From an uncultured Methanoregulaceae archaeon (lineage in GTDB: Archaea > Halobacteriota > Methanomicrobia > Methanomicrobiales > Methanospirillaceae): DNA of 64,000 nucleotides. Numbering within the stretch: the first letter of the stretch is position 1; each line of letters opens with the position of its first letter. The stretch spans positions 992,001 through 1,056,000 of the forward strand of contig CAVTTL010000001.1 in assembly GCA_963737635.1 (NCBI GenBank). The letters run 5' to 3'. A program made the translations under genes and the position numbers. The notes under the pieces were generated by a model. It saw only the letters and a program-made list of their open reading frames with translations, searched no databases and was not told the DNA's origin. This document shows, in pieces, positions 43,659 through 54,136 of this stretch.

Positions 43659-43865
43659 TTCTTAGCATAATAAATATATCTGTTCGAGCACAATTACTTG
43701 CATGCAAGAAAGAATCACATTTCTAGACAGGTATGTGAAAAGGAAATTGCGATCTTTGATCCGTATTCCAGCGGCATTGGTAACTAAACAGCCGGGCAGA
43801 TTATACCCGTTTTAACTCATAGTGATCTATTGTAAGAATTGCAGACCGGAGTCGAGAAATATTGT

Positions 43866-44828
43866 ATGACAAAAATACTAACTCGGATCCCCGATCATCT
43901 CGTTTATCTGGTATTAGCTACCGGGGCATTTTCCCTGCTTTTTCCCGGACCAGGTTCTTTGGTGGGATGGATCGTCACTCCCGTTCTTGCACTGATGGTC
44001 TTTTCCATCAGTTTGACCATAGACGTCAGGGATTTACTTCAGGTAACCAGGAATCCATTTACTATTGTATGGAGTGTGATCCTGCAATTTGTCGTTATGG
44101 CACTTTTTTCAATCCTACTTGGAAAAATATTTTTCTCCCACATGCCGGATTTGAATTCCGGGCAAGTACTTCTGGGGGCCCTCCCCGCTGACATCTCTGC
44201 CCCTCTCATGGTCTCCCTCGTGGGAGGCAATACGGCGCTGGGGATGACGATGCTGGTGACCGCTATGGTTCTGACGCCTTTTATTCTACCTAACATTCTC
44301 ACATTGTTTGGCGGCATAACATTGCAGGTACCAACCATGTATCTTGAGGCTGAATTAGTGGGGATTATTATAATTCCTCTTATCCTTGGTCTCCTCTTAA
44401 ACCACTACTCGGTAAAAATACGGGAAAAAAAGGATGCGTGGCCGGGGTGCGCCGCGCTGTGCTATGTCCTGCTTTTGTTTGCAGTCGTCTCATCCAACGC
44501 TGTTTCCATCATCTCATTGAGAGACTTTGCGGCAGTGATCCTTATCGTAGAATTATCGCTTAACCTCTTTGGATACGGTCTTGCCTATCTGACAAAGATC
44601 GTATTTAAACAAAAAAAGGAGACTTATCTATCTCTCTTGTTTATCGCCAGCACCAAGGAATTCGGGATCGCTCCTGCCGCTGTGGATACGATGGATTTAA
44701 ACCGGGTAATTGTTATACCCTCGGCATTTTATGCAGTTGTCCAGATGATATCATCTCCTCTCATGGTTAAAGTGGTTAATTGCCTGAAGCCAGGTGAATC
44801 CGTGAAAGAGACGTCCACTCATATGTGA
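43866..44828 (+). CDS. Bile acid:sodium symporter (BASS) family transporter
   Basis: LALMVFSISLT, ILQFVVM, GGNTALG, ~10 TM helices. Confidence 0.82.
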   Translation: MTKILTRIPDHLVYLVLATGAFSLLFPGPGSLVGWIVTPVLALMVFSISLTIDVRDLLQVTRNPFTIVWSVILQFVVMALFSILLGKIFFSHMPDLNSGQVLLGALPADISAPLMVSLVGGNTALGMTMLVTAMVLTPFILPNILTLFGGITLQVPTMYLEAELVGIIIIPLILGLLLNHYSVKIREKKDAWPGCAALCYVLLLFAVVSSNAVSIISLRDFAAVILIVELSLNLFGYGLAYLTKIVFKQKKETYLSLLFIASTKEFGIAPAAVDTMDLNRVIVIPSAFYAVVQMISSPLMVKVVNCLKPGESVKETSTHM

Positions 44829-45089
44829 AGCTGTTTGCCGATATCCTGCCTTAGTTTTTTTCCGCCGGCGCCTTGTCCACACCTCGGCACACCTTTGGAG
44901 GAACGAGACATATGAGCTTATCCTGGCCATGCATTGTTTTTTTGTGGCGCTGCTATTCCATGAGTTCCGTTTTACCATCGATATAATTATCTTTATATCT
45001 GGTAGATCGCACATTCTTTCCATAAAATTTTTATAACAACAAATGACACGCAGCTAATGTGAATGCTTTGCTACTATCCAAAGCATCTC

Positions 45090-47528
45090 ATGATGAAGGT
45101 GTATTCCATTGGGGCGTCGTCAGCTCTTTGGTCGATGATCAGGAAACAGATTAAGCCAGCCGTAATGATGTTTCTTTTACTCACGGTTCTCGTGGGCATT
45201 GTGTACCCTCTGGTTGTAACAGGTATCGCTCAGGTGATCTTCCCTGCACAGGCGAACGGGGATCTTATTGTTCATAATGGAAATATTGCGGGATCTTCTC
45301 TCATAGGCCAGCCTTTTTCGTCCCCGGATTATTTCTGGGGGCGCCTCTCCGCAACATCGCCGGTGCCCTACGACGCTGAAGCCTCAGGCGGTTCGAATTA
45401 CGGTCCACAGAACCCGGCTCTTATTACAGAGGTACAGGGACGGATAGATGCCCTTCACACAGCTGACCCGAATAACACGCAACCAATCCCTGTCGATTTA
45501 GTGACATCGTCAGGGAGCGGGCTTGATCCGGATATTAGCCCAGCTGCGGCCTACTACCAGGTCCCAAGGGTTGCACGGGAGCGGAACCTTTCCGAAAGTG
45601 ACGTTTCCATGCTTGTTGCGGCAAACACAGAGAACCCGGTGCTCGGGATCTTTGGCCAGCCGGTGGTAAATGTCCTGAACCTGAACCTGGCGCTCGATGA
45701 TCTGAGTGCCCATACAATCCCGGTTCCGCAGGCGACAATACCCAGAAGCACGCCCGCGAACACGCTGTTTGGGATAACTATCACTGACTGGGCCTTCCTC
45801 ATCCTGCTCGGTGTTATCCTCGCACTCCTTCTTGTTCCGGTTGGGGAGTTCATGTTCCGGGTTTACACGGGTAAGCCGACGTTCCTGTCCCCGGTGATCA
45901 TGCCAATAGAAGGGTGGATCCTCCGGATATGCGGTGCCGGGAGCGATGAGGAGATGGACTGGAAGCAGTTTACCGTTGCGATGATGGTCTTTTCCGTCGT
46001 CGGGATTGCATTTGTCTTCTTTATCCAGGAGGTCCAGCAGTACCTCCCACTCAACCCGCTCAGTGCCGGCCCGGTTTCGTGGGATCTCTCACTCAACACC
46101 GCGGTCAGTTTTGCTACCAACACCAACTGGCAGTTCTATGTTCCGGAAACGACCGTCAGCTATCTGACACAGTTGGTAGGGCTTGCTGTACAGAACTTTA
46201 TGTCTGCAGCGGTGGGTATGGCGGTGCTCGTTGCGTTCATTTACGGTTTCTCACGCAGGTCGACCCTTACCATCGGAAACTTCTGGGTGCTGCTCGTCCG
46301 CGGCATCTGGATTCTCCTGCCGCTCAGTTTTATCCTAGCCCTTCTCCTTGTATCACAGGGAACGCCCCAAACATTAGGTGGTCCGGTAACGGTCCCACTC
46401 CTCAATCCGGTGAATGATTCAAATGGGAATCTCGTCACCACGCAATCGATCTCGCTTGGGCCTGCGGCGTCACAGATCGCAATTAAAATGCTTGGTACAA
46501 ATGGCGGGGGTTTCTTCAATGCAAACTCAGCGCATCCCTTTGAAAACCCGACGTGGTTCTCGGATTTGATCGAGATCGTCGCTATCCTCCTGATTCCGGT
46601 ATCTCTCTGCTTCATGTTCGGTAAGATGATCGGATCGGTGAAGAAGGGAATTGCCATCCTGATCGCCATGACCCTGCTCTTTGTGCCGCTCCTGGGTCTT
46701 GGCATCTGGTCGGAGATCGGAGGCAACCCGGCCTTTGTCCCCCTCGGGATAGACCAGACGCCGTCCCATCTCCAGCCCGGCGGCAACATGGAAGGAAAGG
46801 AGGTACGCTTTGGCATTGTCCAGTCAGCAGCATTCTCCGTAATAACCACGGTAACCAGCTGCGGTGCAGTGAACTCGATGCACGATTCTTTCATGCCGCT
46901 TGGCGGTCTTGTCCAGATATTCGACATCCAGTTGGGTGAAATTGTCTATGGCGGTGTCGGATCAGGCTTGTACTGCATGTTCGTCTTTATCATCATCGCA
47001 ATGTTTATTGCCGGGCTGATGGTCGGGCGGACACCTGAACTGTACGGCAAGAAGATCGAGCCGTACGAGATGAAGCTCTCTACTATCCACATCCTCATTC
47101 CCCTCTTTTTGATCCTGATCGGGACCGCGATCGCGGTTTCAATCACCCCGGGAACAGCCGCGGTCTTCAACCCGGGACCTCACGGGTTCTCTGAGATCCT
47201 GTACGCATTCAGCTCGGTCTCCCAGAACAACGGTAGTGCATTTGCCGGGTTGTCATCGAACCAGTTCTACAACATTTCCACGGCAGTCTGCATGTTTATC
47301 GGGCGTTATGCCATCGCTATCATCACACTCGCATTGGCCGGGGCATTTGTGACAAAGAAGATCGTGCCGGCAAGCGAGGGGACGCTGCAGGACCACCGGC
47401 CGCTCTTTATCATCTGGGTGGTCTTTACTATCCTCATCATCGGGGCACTCAGTTTCCTACCTGCGCTCTCCCTGGGGCCCATCGTTGAATTCCTGATTCA
47501 GATCGGAAGGGGTGTTATCCATGTCTGA
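45090..47528 (+). CDS. kdpA: KdpC-KdpA fusion, potassium-transporting ATPase subunits C and A
   Basis: KdpC motifs ([42 protein letters not shown]) run in frame into KdpA motifs (TNTNWQ, GTNGGG, SCGAVN, GGVGSG, NNGSAF). Confidence 0.93.
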   Translation: MMKVYSIGASSALWSMIRKQIKPAVMMFLLLTVLVGIVYPLVVTGIAQVIFPAQANGDLIVHNGNIAGSSLIGQPFSSPDYFWGRLSATSPVPYDAEASGGSNYGPQNPALITEVQGRIDALHTADPNNTQPIPVDLVTSSGSGLDPDISPAAAYYQVPRVARERNLSESDVSMLVAANTENPVLGIFGQPVVNVLNLNLALDDLSAHTIPVPQATIPRSTPANTLFGITITDWAFLILLGVILALLLVPVGEFMFRVYTGKPTFLSPVIMPIEGWILRICGAGSDEEMDWKQFTVAMMVFSVVGIAFVFFIQEVQQYLPLNPLSAGPVSWDLSLNTAVSFATNTNWQFYVPETTVSYLTQLVGLAVQNFMSAAVGMAVLVAFIYGFSRRSTLTIGNFWVLLVRGIWILLPLSFILALLLVSQGTPQTLGGPVTVPLLNPVNDSNGNLVTTQSISLGPAASQIAIKMLGTNGGGFFNANSAHPFENPTWFSDLIEIVAILLIPVSLCFMFGKMIGSVKKGIAILIAMTLLFVPLLGLGIWSEIGGNPAFVPLGIDQTPSHLQPGGNMEGKEVRFGIVQSAAFSVITTVTSCGAVNSMHDSFMPLGGLVQIFDIQLGEIVYGGVGSGLYCMFVFIIIAMFIAGLMVGRTPELYGKKIEPYEMKLSTIHILIPLFLILIGTAIAVSITPGTAAVFNPGPHGFSEILYAFSSVSQNNGSAFAGLSSNQFYNISTAVCMFIGRYAIAIITLALAGAFVTKKIVPASEGTLQDHRPLFIIWVVFTILIIGALSFLPALSLGPIVEFLIQIGRGVIHV

Positions 47529-49620
47529 CCATTCAGGCCCGAAAATCCCGGCAACGGACCAGTACGCACTTTACCGGCGGGCAATTATCGATTCTTTCAT
47601 TAAACTTGACCCGAGGACACTATACCACAACGTAGTGATGTTTACCGTTGAGATCGGCAGTGTTCTTACCACCCTGCTCTGGATCCAGGCGCTTCTGGGG
47701 CATGGCGAAGCACCGGCTGGGTTCATCGGTGCCGTTTCCCTCTGGCTCTGGTTCACGGTCCTCTTTGCAAACTTTGCCGAAGCGCTCGCGGAAGGCAGAG
47801 GCAAGGCACAGGCTGAAGCCCTGCGCAAAATGCGGCAGGATACCGCTGGAAAGAAACTGAAGTCCGGGTACACAATCGTAAAGGGAAAAGAGCCGGAGTC
47901 TTCGGACTATACGGTCGTCTCTTCATCCATCCTACGTAAAAATGATGTCTTCTATGTCAAGGCCGGTGACACGATCCCGGTGGATGGCGAGGTGATCGAA
48001 GGCATCGCATCCATAAACGAGAGTGCGATCACCGGTGAAAGTGCACCCGTCATCCGTGAATCCGGCGGCGATCGCAGCGCAGTCACTGGAGGTACAAGTA
48101 TTCTTTCGGACTGGCTGATTGTCAAGGTGAGTGCGGACCCCGGCGAAGGTTTCCTCGATCACATGATCTGCCTTATCGAAGGGGCTAAACGACAGAAAAC
48201 GCCCAACGAGATCGCGCTCAACATCCTCCTTGTCGGGCTGACAGCCATTTTTGTTATCGTATCCGCGACCCTCTATGCATTCTCGGCTTACAGTGTCCAG
48301 TCAGCCGGGGCCGGGACTACGGTCACGATCACGGTCCTTGTCGCCCTCTTTGTCTGCCTCGCACCGACTACGATTGGTGGTCTCCTCTCAGCGATCGGCA
48401 TTGCGGGCATGGACCGGCTGATCCGCAGGAACGTGATCACGACTTCCGGGCGAGCCATTGAGGCCGCAGGCGATGTCGATGTCCTCCTCCTGGATAAGAC
48501 CGGGACCATCACGCTCGGGAACCGACAGGCCGTGGAATTTATCCCGGTTGACGGAATGGAAGTTATGGATCTTGCGGAAAATGCCCAGCTTGCTTCTCTT
48601 GCCGATGAAACCCCTGAGGGCCGCAGTATCGTGATCCTCGCTAAAGACAAGTACGGCCTTCGAGGCAGGACGGTAGGAGATGGATCCGGTACCGAGATGC
48701 AGTTCATCCCGTTTTCCAGCCAGACCCGTATGAGCGGCGTTGATCATGGAGACATTTGTATCCGCAAAGGTGCAGCAGATGCGATGTTCAAATACATCGA
48801 AACAAATGGCCATACGGTATCGGAGAACCTCAAACTGGTAGTGGATATGATCTCACGGGCCGGAGGAACTCCGCTTGTTGTTGCAAAAAACGGGAAAGCT
48901 CTCGGCGTTATCCACTTAAAAGATATCGTGAAGGGTGGGATAAATGAACGGTTTGCCCAGCTGCGGAAGATGGGTATCAAAACGGTCATGATCACAGGCG
49001 ACAACCATCTCACTGCAGCGACCATTGCCGCTGAAGCCGGCGTCGATGATTTCCTTGCGGAAGCCACCCCTGAAAGCAAGCTGAAACTGATCCGTGAATA
49101 CCAGACCGGCGGGAGAATGGTTGCCATGACCGGTGATGGGACAAACGATGCCCCGGCGCTTGCCCAGGCAGATGTCGCCGTCGCCATGAACACCGGGACC
49201 CAGCCGGCCCGCGAAGCAGCAAACATGGTCGATCTTGATTCCAACCCGACAAAACTCATCGATATCGTCGAGATCGGAAAGCAGCTTCTGATGACCCGCG
49301 GGGCGCTGACCACGTTCTCTATTGCAAACGATATTGCGAAATATTTCGCTATCATCCCGGTCGCGTTCGCTTCAACCTACCCGGCCCTTGGGGCCATGAA
49401 TATCCTTGGCCTGCATGATGGCATCTTGTCGGCGGTCATCTTCAACGCGATCATAATTGTTATTCTCATTCCCCTTGCCCTCCATGGCGTGAAGTACCGG
49501 GCGATGTCTGCTGAAGAATCACTGCGGAACAACATTCTCATTTACGGCGTTGGTGGGCTGATCGCTCCGTTTATTGGTATAAAAATTATCGATATGCTGC
49601 TCGTGTTTCTAGGGGTGTGA
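47521..49620 (+). CDS. kdpB: Potassium-transporting P-type ATPase subunit B
   Basis: [30 protein letters not shown]. Confidence 0.96.
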   Translation: MSDHSGPKIPATDQYALYRRAIIDSFIKLDPRTLYHNVVMFTVEIGSVLTTLLWIQALLGHGEAPAGFIGAVSLWLWFTVLFANFAEALAEGRGKAQAEALRKMRQDTAGKKLKSGYTIVKGKEPESSDYTVVSSSILRKNDVFYVKAGDTIPVDGEVIEGIASINESAITGESAPVIRESGGDRSAVTGGTSILSDWLIVKVSADPGEGFLDHMICLIEGAKRQKTPNEIALNILLVGLTAIFVIVSATLYAFSAYSVQSAGAGTTVTITVLVALFVCLAPTTIGGLLSAIGIAGMDRLIRRNVITTSGRAIEAAGDVDVLLLDKTGTITLGNRQAVEFIPVDGMEVMDLAENAQLASLADETPEGRSIVILAKDKYGLRGRTVGDGSGTEMQFIPFSSQTRMSGVDHGDICIRKGAADAMFKYIETNGHTVSENLKLVVDMISRAGGTPLVVAKNGKALGVIHLKDIVKGGINERFAQLRKMGIKTVMITGDNHLTAATIAAEAGVDDFLAEATPESKLKLIREYQTGGRMVAMTGDGTNDAPALAQADVAVAMNTGTQPAREAANMVDLDSNPTKLIDIVEIGKQLLMTRGALTTFSIANDIAKYFAIIPVAFASTYPALGAMNILGLHDGILSAVIFNAIIIVILIPLALHGVKYRAMSAEESLRNNILIYGVGGLIAPFIGIKIIDMLLVFLGV

Positions 49621-49788
49621 AAATATACGATATCACCTGTCTTTGCGCCAGAATCAGCCGGATCAGGATAACCTTCTCACACCCGTGAGAATTAAAGGGA
49701 GCGGTGCAGGAACCAGAAAAAATTTTTGTGTGTGTATTCTGGGAGATGGCCGAATTTTGGGGACGCTACTGATAGCAGCACAGACACT

Positions 49789-50136
49789 TCAGCACGTGAC
49801 GTGCAATATAGCAACGTATGATCTGTGTTCTTTTTCCATGCTCTCCAGCACTTCAGGAGTCGGCCGAATAACCGTTTCGTATTCCGCGAGAATCTCCTTT
49901 GCTTCGTCTGTGACCGGGAGATCACCGTATTGTCCTGTTCCAATATACACGACCTCGGGTTTCTCTTCCTTAAGAAATGCGAGTTCATGATCGGCAAGTG
50001 GAGTATGCCCATACAGGTTCTTGAGTTTTTTAGATTTCTTTTTTGACCGTTTCTCTATGGATGTGTCCCGGTGGACGATGACATCGTGATCGTACCGGAT
50101 ATCGCCGATCTCCACCCAGCCGAACTTTGTCTTCAT
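49789..50136 (-). CDS. Mth938-like domain protein
   Basis: FGWVEIG..RYDHDV, PEVVYIGTGQYG, C-terminal LHVTC. Confidence 0.8.
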   Translation of the reverse strand: MKTKFGWVEIGDIRYDHDVIVHRDTSIEKRSKKKSKKLKNLYGHTPLADHELAFLKEEKPEVVYIGTGQYGDLPVTDEAKEILAEYETVIRPTPEVLESMEKEHRSYVAILHVTC

Positions 50137-50232
50137 AATGGAACAGTTTGCTCTTGAGCGTTTGTACTGTACAGAATCATTTTGTACGATTCTAATAAAA
50201 TCAATTAAGATGCCAGAAGTATAAAAATTCAC

Positions 50233-50712
50233 ATGAAACTTGCAACCGCAACTATCCTCATTATCGCGATTGTTTCATTGGTGATAGTCTCTGGTTGTAC
50301 GAGCAGCCAGCCGGTAGACCAAGTAGCATCACAGCCGAACACCTCAACTACGCAATGCTCTTTAAACACATGCCCGGTTGCATCTACCCCTGCAGCCGAA
50401 CCTGCATCGCCCCCGACGGGTGCGTCCTCTGATCCTATCATAGGAGACTGGCAGTTAAAGAACGCGCCGTATTCCTGTAGTGCAGTATTCTATGGCAGTG
50501 GAACCGGGCACCTTTCATGCAGCCTCTATTTGATGAGCCAGACGAAGAATTTCTCATGGAAGAACAACGGCACTCTTGACCCTTACAACACATCTTATAT
50601 TATTACGCTTTCTGATGGAAGTGGGACGATAGCGCCTGCAGTGATGGGGCAGGATGGGCGCATCACCTCTGGTGTACTACCGACAGGATCTTACTTGATA
50701 AGAGAGGAATGA
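50233..50712 (+). CDS. Putative lipoprotein
   Basis: Signal peptide with lipobox VSGC, Pro/Ser/Thr linker, DPIIGDW beta domain. Confidence 0.6.
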   Translation: MKLATATILIIAIVSLVIVSGCTSSQPVDQVASQPNTSTTQCSLNTCPVASTPAAEPASPPTGASSDPIIGDWQLKNAPYSCSAVFYGSGTGHLSCSLYLMSQTKNFSWKNNGTLDPYNTSYIITLSDGSGTIAPAVMGQDGRITSGVLPTGSYLIREE

Positions 50713-50825
50713 TGGATACGGTTTACCTGTGGAATTCTCATGCGTTAACCAACTTTAAAGAAAATGACCTTGTCATACATTAATTTCAGTCTGGTATTCA
50801 TACATCATGGTAAGGTAAGTGGATC

Positions 50826-51302
50826 ATGAATCTCACCGAAACCCAAGAGCTGTTTACCTTATTCTTTGCAATTTATTTCGCTATGATAATAGATCGTTCC
50901 CATGAGATGTACAAACCATGGGATACATACAATGCCTGGAGAGGCAAATCTCATAACATCAGGCGTTTGCTGGCAGCATGGATTATTTTATTTGCCATAC
51001 CCCTCGTGCATTTTGCGATCTTATTTACCCTTCTTGGATCAGTTGATGTTCCCTTCGATATGACACTCAGGGGAATTGCCAATGTTGTTTTGATCGGCTT
51101 CAGTTCGTTTTTCGAGTTTGGCTATTTCAGAATATACGAATCTTTTCTGCACAGATATCCATCATCGTTTTTCTCTGATGAGGACTTGACACAAATAGAG
51201 GGTTCAGGCAAGATTCGCCCGGATTTCAAGGCTCACTTTATCCCCGGAACTTTATACGTAGTCCTGTCTATTTTGGCTATGCTGGTCGCGATTTATTTCT
51301 AA
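50826..51302 (+). CDS. Hypothetical membrane protein
   Basis: 158-aa ORF with four hydrophobic segments; AT-richer. Confidence 0.55.
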   Translation: MNLTETQELFTLFFAIYFAMIIDRSHEMYKPWDTYNAWRGKSHNIRRLLAAWIILFAIPLVHFAILFTLLGSVDVPFDMTLRGIANVVLIGFSSFFEFGYFRIYESFLHRYPSSFFSDEDLTQIEGSGKIRPDFKAHFIPGTLYVVLSILAMLVAIYF

Positions 51303-51453
51303 TACTAAATGATAGTTTAGCACCCGAACAGATCTGGTTTGGTGTCGTGGCCCAGAGAAATACCTCTCGACATTACTAGACCGGTATTTAAAGAAGTCTC
51401 GAAGATGCACCAGAACCATAAATGCATGGTCGTCCCATGGTACTGGCAGGAAT

Positions 51454-52638
51454 ATGCAGGTACCTTTACGTGAACTTACAGCCAGACTGGCCCGGTTCAG
51501 GGACAGGATGGATCGCTCCTGCCCTGACTGGGAGGTTGCAGCTATCTCGGAAAAGATTAACCTCTACTATTTTACCGGCACTATCCAGGACGGACTGCTT
51601 CTTGTGCCCCGGCAGGGAGATGCAGTCTTCTGGGTCCGGAAAAGTTACGAGCGGGCAGTGGCTGAGTCGGAGTTTCCTGATATCCGGCAGATGGCCAGCT
51701 ACCGTGATGCCGCAGCTATCATAGGTCCGATGAAAAAACCGGTCTACCTGGAACTCGATTTTGTATCGATCGCTCAGTACGGGCGCATGCAGAAGCATTT
51801 CTGCTTTACCGGGCCATTGGGAGTTGATGCTCAGGTTGCTGCGGTCCGGTCGGTAAAAAGCCCGTACGAGCTCGCCCTTATGGAGCAGGCAGGGAAAATC
51901 CACCGGCATGTACTTGAAGACATCGCCCCGGATCTCCTGGTAGAAGGAATCGATGAGGTCTCGCTTGCATCCGATCTCTATTCTGTGATGGTCCGGGAAG
52001 GCCACCAGGGGATTATCCGGTTTGGCATGTTCAACGAAATGCTCCTTGGTCAGATCGGCTTTGGGACAAGTTCTATTGCACCTACCTGTGTGGATACCCC
52101 CGGGGGGATCTCCGGGATGTCCCCTGCGGTCCCAATGGCGGGGTGCCGGGAACGGAAACTTTCCAAAGGCGATCTTGTCGTCATCGATATCGGGTGCGGT
52201 GTTGAAGGATACCAGACCGACAAAACGATGACGTACATGTTCGGGAAAGCAATTCCCGATGCGGCCATCCGGGTCCACGAACAATGCGTCGCGGTACAAG
52301 ACGAAGTAACTGAACTCCTGAAACCGGGCGCAATTCCCTCGGAGATCTATACAAGTGTCATGAACGGCCTCGCTCCTGAATTCAGAAAAGGGTTTATGGG
52401 ATTCGGGCAGAATACGGTCAAATTCCTCGGCCATGGGATCGGCCTCTGGATTGATGAAAGTCCGGTCATCGCGAAGGGATTCGACGAACCATTAGAGGAA
52501 GGGATGGTCTTTGCTGTCGAACCAAAGAAGGGCATACCGAATGTCGGTCTTGTCGGCATCGAAAATACGTTTATCGTGACACATCAGGGAGGCCGATCCT
52601 TAACCGGGACCCATCGTGGGCTGATACCGATCTATTGA
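51454..52638 (+). CDS. Xaa-Pro peptidase (M24 family)
   Basis: VKSPYEL, IDIG..GYQTD, GHGIGL..DE, AVEPK, GIENT. Confidence 0.9.
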   Translation: MQVPLRELTARLARFRDRMDRSCPDWEVAAISEKINLYYFTGTIQDGLLLVPRQGDAVFWVRKSYERAVAESEFPDIRQMASYRDAAAIIGPMKKPVYLELDFVSIAQYGRMQKHFCFTGPLGVDAQVAAVRSVKSPYELALMEQAGKIHRHVLEDIAPDLLVEGIDEVSLASDLYSVMVREGHQGIIRFGMFNEMLLGQIGFGTSSIAPTCVDTPGGISGMSPAVPMAGCRERKLSKGDLVVIDIGCGVEGYQTDKTMTYMFGKAIPDAAIRVHEQCVAVQDEVTELLKPGAIPSEIYTSVMNGLAPEFRKGFMGFGQNTVKFLGHGIGLWIDESPVIAKGFDEPLEEGMVFAVEPKKGIPNVGLVGIENTFIVTHQGGRSLTGTHRGLIPIY

Positions 52639-52735
52639 GGGCACGTTTTTTGGTAGTAAATCCGGCAGGAACGGCGATACCGGAATGCGAAGCTAAATCC
52701 ACATCTATTTATCCCGTTATGCGCTACCGCTCATC

Positions 52736-53446
52736 ATGATCGGCATCTCGACCTACTGTCTCCTTGACGAGCCGCTTCCTGTGGCACTGGACCGACTATC
52801 CGGTCTTACCGGTCTTATCGAGGTGATGGACGAGGGGCCCCATTTCGTGGACAACCCGGAACTCTTTGAAAGCTATTCCGGGGATTTCGTCCTGCATGCC
52901 CCATACCACGGTATGAATATCGCCTGCCTGTTCGAGGCTGTCCGAAGGGCAAGTGTCGAGGTGATGACCGATTGCTTCGCACAGGCCGCCGGGATCGGTG
53001 CTTCTGTGGTCCTCCATCCGGGGTATTTTGCCTGGGAACAGGAGCGCGAGCAGGCAAACCGGCAGTTTGAAAAATCTCTAGCCGCTCTTGACGGTGCCGC
53101 CCGCGAGTTCTCCGTTGAGTTCTCGTTTGAGAACATGGGAGACATGAATTATTTCAACCTGAGGACCCCGGAGGATCTTGGGATTATCCAAGATCACCAT
53201 TTTACCCTCGATGTCGGTCACGCAAACCTTAACCAATGTCTGCCGGGATTTCTCGAAACCCACTTTGTGCATTTGCATCTCCATGACAATGACGGAAAGA
53301 GGGATACTCACAGCCCTGTGGGGGAGGGAAATATCGGTTTTCCCGCTGTGATGGCCGCGATGCGGCGGGAGAACTCAACCGCGATCGTCGAAGTGAAACG
53401 CTATGAAGGGGCCATAGCAAGCCTCCGGGCGCTTGAAAGGATGTGA
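52736..53446 (+). CDS. Sugar phosphate isomerase/epimerase (xylose-isomerase-like TIM barrel)
   Basis: LHAP, LHPG, FENM, LDVGHA, HLHDNDG..DTH. Confidence 0.85.
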   Translation: MIGISTYCLLDEPLPVALDRLSGLTGLIEVMDEGPHFVDNPELFESYSGDFVLHAPYHGMNIACLFEAVRRASVEVMTDCFAQAAGIGASVVLHPGYFAWEQEREQANRQFEKSLAALDGAAREFSVEFSFENMGDMNYFNLRTPEDLGIIQDHHFTLDVGHANLNQCLPGFLETHFVHLHLHDNDGKRDTHSPVGEGNIGFPAVMAAMRRENSTAIVEVKRYEGAIASLRALERM

Positions 53447-53536
53447 CAACTTTCGTGGCAGTATTTCGAAAATAAGTGTGGATACTACCGGAATCGCCGG
53501 GCCGTCCTGAAGAAAAAGAGTGGCTCGCTGGAGAAA

Positions 53537-54136
53537 TCACATCTTGATCTGCGCCAGCGCATCGTAGACGATCTTCCGGTACACGGCCGGATCGAGAGTG
53601 GGGTAATGCTCTTTTGCCTTGAGGATATCCGGGTTCGTACCGGTGGCGAGTGCATCGAGCCGGTCGAGTGTGCGGGCTGCGGTGTCCACTACCCAAAGAT
53701 CCCGGGTCTCCTTATCCACGGCCGTGATCGATTCGACCCGGACCGAGACGAGGTACGACCCATCCGGCTTCTGGTACAGGTTTGGTTTTCCCGTCACCGC
53801 GACAAACGCGGGCGTCTCGATCTTTGCTAGTTGCTGCATGGCCTCGGGCTGGTAGCTTCCAGCCATGATAAAGAACGTGCCGGTCGGATCGATCACCCGG
53901 CCCCGGTAGAAGATGTTCTGCTCGCCCTGCCGGGTCTTCTCGGTCAGCGTACCGGCAAGGAAGATCCGGTTGGAGCGTTCCCCGGTGGGCAGGAGCACGA
54001 ACGTCGGGCTCTTTTCGTCTTCTCCGGTTTTAAACTGGTACCGGCATTCACGGAGCTCGCTTGCAAAGACCCGGCGTGCCGGCTCGCGCTCGAAACTGCC
54101 GTCACGACGACCCATTTCCGCTGCCCGGGAGCTCAT
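53537..54136 (-). CDS. RPA-associated OB-fold protein
   Basis: REPARRVFASE, LLPTGE..NR, DPTGTF..AGSYQPEA; own GGGGGTG RBS and ATG at 54136. Confidence 0.8.
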   Translation of the reverse strand: MSSRAAEMGRRDGSFEREPARRVFASELRECRYQFKTGEDEKSPTFVLLPTGERSNRIFLAGTLTEKTRQGEQNIFYRGRVIDPTGTFFIMAGSYQPEAMQQLAKIETPAFVAVTGKPNLYQKPDGSYLVSVRVESITAVDKETRDLWVVDTAARTLDRLDALATGTNPDILKAKEHYPTLDPAVYRKIVYDALAQIKM

